Program-made: the position numbers and the translations under genes
Notes under the pieces: model-generated
Databases searched by the model: none
What the model saw: only the letters and a program-made list of their open reading frames with translations
Told to the model about the DNA's origin: nothing
Shown: piece by piece, positions 1-7,588 of the stretch
How the letters are laid out: the number at the start of each line of letters is the position of its first letter
Numbering within the stretch: position 1 is the first letter of the stretch
Sequence record: NC_061447.1
Length of the DNA: 64,000 nt
Strand: one strand, 5' to 3'

Positions 1-573
1 TACCGGGGCGCTGACTCCACCGCGTTCCATAATGGTGAGGTCAATCTTGTCGGCATAAATGAATGGTCGTTCACGCTTACACAAGATGTAGTCAATCTCA
101 TGCAAATTAAACAATGTGAAATTCATATAGCCAATAATGAACTCGGCTATGAGTTTAAACGATTCACTCATGTCCTGCCGAAACTGTTGTGTGAGAATCT
201 GATCAACGTAAGGTCGAATTACCATACGCATCTCATACCAACTCTCACAGAACAGCGCGGGAAAGTCTTCTGGGTGGTGGGCCATAAGACCCAACACCTC
301 GTTTTCCGTATCTGCAAAGGAACTTAAAATATCAGTGGCATCGTGTTCCATTTCGACACCACGACCAGTTGAAATGAATCGACGTTCAATGTCTCTCAAC
401 CAAGACTCCGACGCAGATAGGTATTGAAGCAATGTTTCTCGTGCGGCAGCCGTGAAGTCATGCCTGTTGGAGTCAAGGACTTCACCAAGCATAAAGGCTT
501 TCGCTTTGTAGAAATCACCATAGCGTTCGGCGGTGAATCGTCTGAACCCTATGTTATTCTTCAAATAGCCCAT
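1..573 (-). CDS. Hypothetical helical protein, 3'-truncated by the window edge (at least 191 aa, MGYLKNNIGFRRFTAERYGDF...)
   Basis: Not in the ORF track because it has no stop in the window. I translated it by hand: ATG at 573 overlaps the upstream TGA (TGATG coupling) and the frame is open to base 1. Confidence 0.8.
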   Translation of the reverse strand, partial: MGYLKNNIGFRRFTAERYGDFYKAKAFMLGEVLDSNRHDFTAAARETLLQYLSASESWLRDIERRFISTGRGVEMEHDATDILSSFADTENEVLGLMAHHPEDFPALFCESWYEMRMVIRPYVDQILTQQFRQDMSESFKLIAEFIIGYMNFTLFNLHEIDYILCKRERPFIYADKIDLTIMERGGVSAPV

Positions 574-1082
574 CATCGCAATGCCCTCAAATCATTCAAC
601 TCCGTGTTGCCTTGAGCATTCGGGGTTGTATAAAGAGAACTGGATATGCTCTGCAATCGCAGACCGAGCTTCTCAAGTTCTTGTTGACTCCCACCTAACT
701 TATCAAGCACTTCGCGCATTAGCTCGACTGATACCTGATGGTCATGGGACTGCTGGGATATGATTCGTTCGAAGCGCTGCATCGCACGGAGAACTGAGTT
801 CAATCCCTCTTTCATGTCCAAATTATCGACTGGTGCGGAGTCGGCGATTGACTGAATCAGTCGCATCATCTGCGCCAAGTCGGCTTGCACTATACTGCTA
901 TCTGGATTGACAGCAGTAGTCGCGGCTTCCAGCTCTGCATTCCGCTCTTTCAGTTGCTCCAGTTCTTCAAGCTGAGGCAGTATTTTCCACCAAACATAGC
1001 CACCGCCAATGATCAGTAGAACAACAGAGAAGACAGTCGCATAGTTGGACGCGAGCAACTTGTCTAAAATTTCCGCCCACAT
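573..1082 (-). CDS. Single-pass membrane protein with a long coiled-coil
   Basis: N-terminal TM helix (YATVFSVVLLIIGGGYVWWK) then heptad-rich sequence. ATG at 1082 with AAGGG upstream preferred over the track TTG at 1091. Confidence 0.75.
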   Translation of the reverse strand: MWAEILDKLLASNYATVFSVVLLIIGGGYVWWKILPQLEELEQLKERNAELEAATTAVNPDSSIVQADLAQMMRLIQSIADSAPVDNLDMKEGLNSVLRAMQRFERIISQQSHDHQVSVELMREVLDKLGGSQQELEKLGLRLQSISSSLYTTPNAQGNTELNDLRALR

Positions 1083-1087
1083 TATAT

Positions 1088-1372
1088 TCAACCCTTACAG
1101 GTGTTGTCGTTCAGATCAACAATAATCCTCTCGGCACCTGGTTCGTTTACGTCAGTGGTTTTGTACGTGTGCGCCATCCTAGGCTTGAACTCTAAGCAAC
1201 TCTGTCCGTAACGACCATCGACGACACAAATGGCAGACAAGCAGCTAACATCTTCCTTGAGTATTAAATTTTCAGGAGACTCGTTGGCGCTCCTAACAGC
1301 AGTGATCACGAAACCAACCACAGCGAGAGAAACGGCAACGACAATCGCAATCCTAATTCGCTTGGCTTGCAT
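1088..1372 (-). CDS. Small exported or membrane-anchored protein with 4 Cys (94 aa)
   Basis: Basic N-terminus plus hydrophobic helix (KRIRIAIVVAVSLAVVGFVITAV), four Cys in the soluble part, GAGGT RBS. Confidence 0.75.
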   Translation of the reverse strand: MQAKRIRIAIVVAVSLAVVGFVITAVRSANESPENLILKEDVSCLSAICVVDGRYGQSCLEFKPRMAHTYKTTDVNEPGAERIIVDLNDNTCKG

Positions 1373-1407
1373 TTCGGGTTCTACCTCATGGTCCTTTTAT
1401 CTGACTG

Positions 1408-1415
1408 AAATTAGC
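1408..1415 (-). promoter_or_regulatory. Candidate phage late-promoter motif GCTAATTT (copy 1)
   Basis: Exact intergenic copy 35 nt upstream of the ATG at 1372. The same 8-mer sits upstream of four other minus-strand genes. Confidence 0.55.
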
Positions 1416-1436
1416 GAACCACTTGTGTACGGAAGG

Positions 1437-2462
1437 TCATTCCTTCAATACACCACCAATCTCCGCAAACATATTTTTGTAAACCAATGAGCCATCCAGC
1501 TTGTCCAATCGTTCAGCCTGAACATAAAGTCTAGGTGATGTGCGCATGTTAGCCCACGTCTTCTCATTACGGTCGAGTCCACCAAGCATCGGGATAATGA
1601 CCATACTGAGATTCCTATTTGCTCTGACGAAACCTATGTCAATATGCTTCCTGTTTATGCTTATGAACAGTCTATTGATTGCGTCCAAACCAACAGGCCG
1701 ATTGAATTCCGTGTCACTAACAGTATTGACCAAGCTAATGAGAAACCCTTTCTCCTTACTTTCGATATCAAACAAGTTCTCTTTTAAATCGCCAACAGTT
1801 GACGCAGAGTAATACGATACGTCATGACCATAATCTTTGAGGCAAGCACCTAACGCACGAGCAGATTCGATGTGCGCAACGTTATCATCTCTCAGGATAT
1901 AGACAGGAGCATCGGACTGATAGGTCTTCTGCGCAACCATGTTGATAAGATCGCAAGAGGGCTTGCCTACAGTGGCCAAGCCCTTATTGGCGATAAAGAA
2001 TTTGTCACGATAAACATCATACACGTTTGGAGGCATGTACTTCATGTAGTCATCATCCAGACTAAGTATCACGCGAGGCTTAGTTAACTGAATGACAAGC
2101 TGCATACTGCGAAGCGATGCCTTGTACTCCGTGTCGGATAGTACGCGACTAATAGGCAGATATTGCACGACAACGAATCGGTCATCAATTGAATCGACAA
2201 CCGAACGTATCAGCGTACTGCCTAACGTTGGCCCAGCAGAGAATTGGGTAACGATCATTAGGCCATCTTCAACTAAGCCTTTCGACTCAGCAAGCGTCAT
2301 GCCGTTACCTGTCTGCTTTACCGCGCGCTCCCACGTTATTGAAGGTTCGTCTCGGCTTTCGGCGTGTACAGAAGCTGTGCAACACCAGAGACAGGCTCCA
2401 AGAATGTAAGCAGCAATACGTTGTCTGGATCGGCTTCGGCTGGAGTAACAGTTTCCGGCCAT
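1437..2462 (-). CDS. Periplasmic-binding-protein-like (ABC substrate-binding-type sensor domain) protein; start either 2462 or 2300
   Basis: VVQYLPISRVLSDTEYKASLR...KPRVILSLDDD and PVYILRDD...GFLISL resemble the two lobes of ABC-substrate-binding-like extracytoplasmic sensor domains (by eye). ATG 2300 has a CAGGT RBS. The longer start adds a signal-peptide-like segment. Confidence 0.6.
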   Translation of the reverse strand: MAGNCYSSRSRSRQRIAAYILGACLWCCTASVHAESRDEPSITWERAVKQTGNGMTLAESKGLVEDGLMIVTQFSAGPTLGSTLIRSVVDSIDDRFVVVQYLPISRVLSDTEYKASLRSMQLVIQLTKPRVILSLDDDYMKYMPPNVYDVYRDKFFIANKGLATVGKPSCDLINMVAQKTYQSDAPVYILRDDNVAHIESARALGACLKDYGHDVSYYSASTVGDLKENLFDIESKEKGFLISLVNTVSDTEFNRPVGLDAINRLFISINRKHIDIGFVRANRNLSMVIIPMLGGLDRNEKTWANMRTSPRLYVQAERLDKLDGSLVYKNMFAEIGGVLKE

Positions 2463-3160
2463 AGAACTTCTCCTCTCTCGTCAGTGACGTAAGGAATGCC
2501 GTTGCCTTTGCCCAATCCATGTCGCAAAGCCCAAACGGTGTCGGCATTCTCCTGCACGAACACTAACCCTTTTGTTTCTGGCTCACTCGAACCTTCTTCA
2601 AGTGCTGTCACACGCGCTGTAAGAAGCTGTGCATCAGACTGAATGGTACGAATGGCGCTAAGGTTAGAGTTAACGCGCTGGTTCATGTTGTTGAACATGG
2701 TGAAGAACGAGTTGTTCATCGCCGTGCGAACGCCGTCCGTATAGGACTTAGGAATCAGTTCGTCGTTATCGAAGGTTGTTACACCTGTGCGCACAAGAAC
2801 TTTACCGGTAAGACGTCCACCACTTGCGCTGATAATCTGAGGAGCAGGCAAATCAGCCTCGTCCCAGACTTGAACAGTGGTCATCACCGTATTGTAGTCG
2901 GTCTCTTCCTGCCACGTATTCCTATAAGGAGCCGTAGCAGTTTTGGACTTACGACGCATCACTTTTTTATAGTTAGCGTTCGTACCGTCCGCGATAATCC
3001 AGAGACCGTTCAGTGGGAAAACGCGAGTGTAAGGTTCGGCGAATGCTAAGATGATTGTTACATCAGCACTTACCTTATACACAATATCGTTCGACGCTGA
3101 CAGACCTTGCTGTTGTGCAAGACTAATCAACGTGTCCACGTAGTTAGTCAACTGGCTCAT
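2336..3160 (-). CDS. Virion structural protein with central coiled-coil and C-terminal small beta domain
   Basis: C-terminal WALRHGLG..PYVTDERG..LWPETV...DNVLLLTFLEPVSGVA matches the W-x-I-x-HNLG...F..P.SG.A module common in phage tail and fibre proteins. Confidence 0.7.
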   Translation of the reverse strand: MSQLTNYVDTLISLAQQQGLSASNDIVYKVSADVTIILAFAEPYTRVFPLNGLWIIADGTNANYKKVMRRKSKTATAPYRNTWQEETDYNTVMTTVQVWDEADLPAPQIISASGGRLTGKVLVRTGVTTFDNDELIPKSYTDGVRTAMNNSFFTMFNNMNQRVNSNLSAIRTIQSDAQLLTARVTALEEGSSEPETKGLVFVQENADTVWALRHGLGKGNGIPYVTDERGEVLWPETVTPAEADPDNVLLLTFLEPVSGVAQLLYTPKAETNLQ

Positions 3161-3620
3161 CCGAGACTCCTAACGATTGAAGAATAATAGAACTTTTATC
3201 GGAGAAGGCCTTAGCGATCAGTTTAGCAGCAGCCTTATCGACAACGAGTGTGCTGATTTTCCCTTTGGTGTTGCACACAATAGTCTGCGGAGCAAACTGC
3301 GCACAAGCCAAAGCAAATAGCAGATGGTTGCCTAAGTCACCCGAGATACTAATCTCAACGCCAAGCTCAGGCACTAAGATGTTCTGGTTGATTTCGGCAA
3401 CGAACTGCGCCAGCACCACAGGGTCGATATCAGGAGGCGCTGTATCATATCCTTCGACAAGATCAATCTGACCAGTAGAAGGGTCAAACGCGAATGCAGA
3501 TGGGTCGCCAATGATTCGGCCGAATAGCTCGTCACTAACTTCAATGCAATCGTCGTCTGTCTTCTCGCGCACACGACCAATAATTGCATTCGTGGCGCGA
3601 TTGATTTTGATTATCGGCAT
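3144..3620 (-). CDS. Putative tail-fibre assembly/chaperone-like protein
   Basis: Follows a fibre gene, about 158 aa, AGGTGA RBS before ATG 3620. Function inferred from position and size only. Confidence 0.5.
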   Translation of the reverse strand: MPIIKINRATNAIIGRVREKTDDDCIEVSDELFGRIIGDPSAFAFDPSTGQIDLVEGYDTAPPDIDPVVLAQFVAEINQNILVPELGVEISISGDLGNHLLFALACAQFAPQTIVCNTKGKISTLVVDKAAAKLIAKAFSDKSSIILQSLGVSDEPVD

Positions 3621-3621
3621 A

Positions 3622-4443
3622 TTAATCACCTACCGCAGTATACCAGAAGTCCCAGCCAGCAGTATTGGTGCCAGTAGACTTGATGGTGAAGCCGCCTAAC
3701 AGGGCGTTCTCATTCATCGCGCTCGTACCGTCCAGATTGTAGAGCTGGTAGGTCCTTGCTTGGTTCAGAGCAGCGTTAACGAACGTGATGTTAATGCTGA
3801 TACAACGGTTGATGAATGCCGTGTTAAACACAACGTGGATGGTATCAGTAGTTGACGCGTTCACGACTCGACCCATGTTCTGAGTAAAGCCTGTGTTCAT
3901 GTCACGGTTACTACCAATCCATGCGTTCGGTATTACAGCGCCGGTGTTTGGGTTGAGCGCCTGAGACACACGATACTCGTCAATAGCAGCATCGCGTCCC
4001 GGGCTACCAGTAGGACCAGTTGCACCAGTAGGACCCACAGCGCCAGTGTTACCAGTAGCGCCGACAGGTCCTGTGTTACCAGTAGGTCCGTTACGGCCAC
4101 GAGGGCCACGAGGTCCCGGGCAACCATCTTCACCATCACGACCATCACGACCATCAGCACCAGGGAGACCGCGTAAGCCGTCTTTACCCTGTTTACCTTC
4201 GCGCCCTGATTTAAGCTGATCAGCAGTAGGCAGTCCGATAACACTAGACTGACTACCATCAGGCCAGATGACTGTTAGCGTACCTGTAGTTGTGTCAAAC
4301 TCAACACCCTGAGAGCCGGGAATCTTTGCAGCCTCTGTTGGGTCGATAAACGCAACAGCGGTCGCCGTCTTCTTACCCAACACTTTACCAACAGGCGAAG
4401 CACCGCCGTCGATAAGTGCAGGGTTAATCTTCGTAAGAGACAT
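3622..4443 (-). CDS. Collagen-like fibre protein with C-terminal gp53-like/lectin-type tip domain
   Basis: Uninterrupted Gly-X-Y run. The C-terminus HVVFNTAFINRCISINIT...GFTI...WYTAVGD is typical of phage fibre tip domains. Confidence 0.8.
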   Translation of the reverse strand: MSLTKINPALIDGGASPVGKVLGKKTATAVAFIDPTEAAKIPGSQGVEFDTTTGTLTVIWPDGSQSSVIGLPTADQLKSGREGKQGKDGLRGLPGADGRDGRDGEDGCPGPRGPRGRNGPTGNTGPVGATGNTGAVGPTGATGPTGSPGRDAAIDEYRVSQALNPNTGAVIPNAWIGSNRDMNTGFTQNMGRVVNASTTDTIHVVFNTAFINRCISINITFVNAALNQARTYQLYNLDGTSAMNENALLGGFTIKSTGTNTAGWDFWYTAVGD

Positions 4444-4454
4444 GGGCTAAACTC

Positions 4455-4658
4455 CTAACCAGTCAGTGTTGTCCAATCTGGTTGACCCGATTGTCCAGCC
4501 TCAGGATTTTTAACTTTGGTGTTGTTGATTGTCATGCGAACCCAACGCACACTTCCATCTGAATCCTGATACCGAACCTTCGTTCCACCATACGCTAAAT
4601 TAGCTACCCATCTGTCTCTGCTTGGGTCTTTGAATGCTAAACGTGCATAAGCTGGCAT
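4455..4658 (-). CDS. Small virion-associated protein (67 aa)
   Basis: GGAGAG RBS, fills the gap between neighbours, and resembles the N-terminal 55 aa of 7589..9613. Confidence 0.7.
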   Translation of the reverse strand: MPAYARLAFKDPSRDRWVANLAYGGTKVRYQDSDGSVRWVRMTINNTKVKNPEAGQSGQPDWTTLTG

Positions 4659-4667
4659 ACGCTCTCC

Positions 4668-7547
4668 TTAACCATCAATCTCGTCAGGCTCCCAGCACAG
4701 AATAGGACGGCGCCATACTTGGAACACACCGATAGGGTTAGCGCGTCCGTCGTCAATGAAGCAATCCATTGTGCGTCCTCCTGAGTTTCCGCTTTGCATC
4801 AACGTCACAAGTCCTTCTGTCCAGGAAGCACGGCCACCAGAGTCAGCCTCAAACAATCCTTCCCACACCATATCGAAAGCGCCTTTCCACGCATTGAAGT
4901 GGTGAGAAGAATAAGCACCATCACCGACAGAGCACAGCACCATGTACTGGTAATCTTTCACACACGGGATGTTGTAGTTATTCCCGCGAGGAACCGATGT
5001 GCCGTTGTTGTTGAAGATACATTCCCAACCAGTACGGTCAGCAGCGCCAGTAGTTAAGAACAGAGGACGACGAATGATCATCATAATCCCGTTCTCACCG
5101 CCATTGTTGCTAGACTTCTCGCAGTACGCATTGCAGCGCAGCGAACGGTCTACTGTGAACGTGGTTGAGTTCGAGAAGTCACGGCAGTAGTAGTTCGATC
5201 CCCACTTAGGCAAATACTCTGCTGGTGGTACGAAGAAGTGACGCTCTGCAAGTTCAATCTCGCCGTAGCGGTCATACGCAAACACGATGTACTCATAGCC
5301 GGCCTCAATCTGGATGTTGTGGCCTTGAGTACCGACGCCATTCCATTTCCAGACAACCTGCCAGTCGTTCGAATCGCGTGAGGCTTCTTCTGTAATGAGC
5401 TGATACTTACGCTCATAGATGTGCCACACTTTCCCTTCTTCCGTTGTTTGGATATACAACGAGTTCGGGTCATTAATGTTCCCGTTCTCAGTACCGCAGT
5501 AAATCTTATGCGATGCACCAGCAGAGTTGTAGATAGTGCCTGACCCGATTGAACCAAACATATCCCAGTTCATCATCAGGTGAGAGGTACACATTTCGTT
5601 CTGGCCGCTACCGTCCGACGTTGTAATCAGATACTCACATAGGTCCTTGAACGGATATTTAACGTAGCGGTTGTTGGCGCGGTTAACAACGTGAACCCAA
5701 TCGTGAGACTGAATCTTAGGCACAGGGAAGCATGGGTTAGTCACAGACACAACGAAGGTCTTTGACTCATACATAGGCAGCTTCTTGAAACGGTTATCCC
5801 TAATCGTAACGTTGTGCTGCATCCCCATTGTCGAGGCACCGTCCTGAGAGCCAAGCACTTTGTAGTAGCGCAGGTGACTACTCTTGGTGTTCTCAAACAA
5901 ACCGTTGAGCGCCATGCTCATGTTGCCTTCGCGGTCTGTACCTGTAACGTAAGGGAAACCATTCGTGTCGAAGTCATAGCCGACAGAGAAGTAGCTGTCA
6001 GTATCAGACGACTTGGCGCCACGATACATTTCATTCCACGCGTTACCTTCACCAATACCAGGCTCACCAAACAGAGAGTATGCAGCGCGATACACATACT
6101 GCGAACCTGCGTACACACGACGCGATGCACCAATGCGGTACATGGCTTGAGGTAGCCCACCCTGCAAACGGTTAACGTCGGCCGTATCGTAAGACACAAC
6201 GTAGACGTAATGGTCAGAGCCAATTGAGTTCAAGAAAGCCGCACAGGCAGCAGCGTTCGCAACACCTGGGTTAGTACCTTCGGCAGATGCGTGAATGTCA
6301 AATGTACGACGCTCAACCAACGCGCGGTCTGACTTACGAATCTTATAGACGTTCCAGCCACGAGTGTCGGTGTAGCGAGTACCGTTAAAGATTGTGTAGC
6401 CTGTATCGCCTGTGTCGAGATAACGCTGGTAGCCTACGACGTGAGAGAAGATTAGGCTACGTGCTGCAAGTGACTGCGCGTTTTCGTTTGACCAAGAGAC
6501 TGTAACATCACCTGCTGCCATACGCGCTGCCCAATCATCGGGCTTCTGCGGATATGTAGTAACATCGAAGTCTACCTGATACGCAGAGCCTGGTTCGACG
6601 CAGCACTTGTCACGATAGATAAGAGGTGGGTCAATGACAACATCGTCAGAGATATCAACTTGTCCGCAGTAGAACTGGCGCCATGTACCTGGTTGACCAC
6701 CAATAGTGCCTGGGCCTGCTTGCGTAGCTCCTGTGAACTGATACGCAGCAGATAGCTCGAAGTTGATTTGGTTATGCAACTGAGCGACGTTGGTCCAAGA
6801 TACATGATTGCCGAACGCGTTAATGCTCTTGTTCTTTGCTGCAACGGTAGAAGCAACATACGCCTGACCGTTACTGCGAATGCCGAGTGGGTTAAAGATC
6901 GCGTTGAAGTTTACGTTGCCTTCATACGGACCTTTCTGCAACACAATCAGGCTGACGCCGTTTCGGTGGGCCTCACTCAGAGCACTAAGCATTTGGGCAG
7001 GCATACTCTGGTTGGGCGCAGACAGCAGAAGCATCACGCAACTGAACTGCTTGAAATACTTGTACGTACCGTCATAACCATACGCACCAGCGTTAATCTC
7101 TTGCCAGCTATGAGCAAGCATGTCGAGAGGGATGCGCTGCATATACGCAACGAGTTGTCCCCACGACTCCATTGCAGTGTCATCATTGACAGGTGCAAGG
7201 TCTGATATGACAAGCATGGTGCTGCCATATGTGATGTTCGAGTTGTAGCCGCGTTGTGTCAACAGGTGACGCAGCACACCCATGTTGTTAATGCTCTTAT
7301 TGCGGTAGTTACCGAGCCAACCGTAGTTAGCATCAACAAGAGGACTACCGTCGCGGATGAATCGACCATTCATGTAAACAGAGCCGAAGCCGCATACGTA
7401 TGAAAGAGCATGACCATCAACAACAAAAGAGGTGAAGCGTGAGCTATCAACTGCCATAGCGTCTACTGCGGTAATAGAGCCATCGCCAGGACTACCGCTA
7501 AATACAGGCGTAATGCCTCGCGCATACAAGCAGCTTTGTTGCAGCAT
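4668..7547 (-). CDS. Large adhesin-like virion protein containing an ILEI/PANDER (GG-type lectin) domain
   Basis: RGWNVYKI...RRTFDI...AFLNSI...VYVVSYD...MYRIGA...YRAAYSLFG..G matches the ILEI/PANDER pattern. 959 aa in the fibre cluster. Confidence 0.7.
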   Translation of the reverse strand: MLQQSCLYARGITPVFSGSPGDGSITAVDAMAVDSSRFTSFVVDGHALSYVCGFGSVYMNGRFIRDGSPLVDANYGWLGNYRNKSINNMGVLRHLLTQRGYNSNITYGSTMLVISDLAPVNDDTAMESWGQLVAYMQRIPLDMLAHSWQEINAGAYGYDGTYKYFKQFSCVMLLLSAPNQSMPAQMLSALSEAHRNGVSLIVLQKGPYEGNVNFNAIFNPLGIRSNGQAYVASTVAAKNKSINAFGNHVSWTNVAQLHNQINFELSAAYQFTGATQAGPGTIGGQPGTWRQFYCGQVDISDDVVIDPPLIYRDKCCVEPGSAYQVDFDVTTYPQKPDDWAARMAAGDVTVSWSNENAQSLAARSLIFSHVVGYQRYLDTGDTGYTIFNGTRYTDTRGWNVYKIRKSDRALVERRTFDIHASAEGTNPGVANAAACAAFLNSIGSDHYVYVVSYDTADVNRLQGGLPQAMYRIGASRRVYAGSQYVYRAAYSLFGEPGIGEGNAWNEMYRGAKSSDTDSYFSVGYDFDTNGFPYVTGTDREGNMSMALNGLFENTKSSHLRYYKVLGSQDGASTMGMQHNVTIRDNRFKKLPMYESKTFVVSVTNPCFPVPKIQSHDWVHVVNRANNRYVKYPFKDLCEYLITTSDGSGQNEMCTSHLMMNWDMFGSIGSGTIYNSAGASHKIYCGTENGNINDPNSLYIQTTEEGKVWHIYERKYQLITEEASRDSNDWQVVWKWNGVGTQGHNIQIEAGYEYIVFAYDRYGEIELAERHFFVPPAEYLPKWGSNYYCRDFSNSTTFTVDRSLRCNAYCEKSSNNGGENGIMMIIRRPLFLTTGAADRTGWECIFNNNGTSVPRGNNYNIPCVKDYQYMVLCSVGDGAYSSHHFNAWKGAFDMVWEGLFEADSGGRASWTEGLVTLMQSGNSGGRTMDCFIDDGRANPIGVFQVWRRPILCWEPDEIDG

Positions 7548-7569
7548 GTTATGTCCTTAGATCGAGAAG

Positions 7570-7585
7570 AGGGGCCGAAGCCCCT
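7570..7585 (-). terminator. cUUCGg hairpin (weak terminator or RNA-stability element)
   Basis: AGGGGC-TTCG-GCCCCT on the minus strand, followed only by CTTCTC (poor U-tract), intergenic. Confidence 0.45.
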
Positions 7586-7588
7586 ATG

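Noticed and set aside
573-1372. Spanin pair
   Set aside because: No lipobox-containing o-spanin was found, and the charge after the TM helix of the 172-aa protein suggests a cytoplasmic rather than periplasmic coiled-coil.
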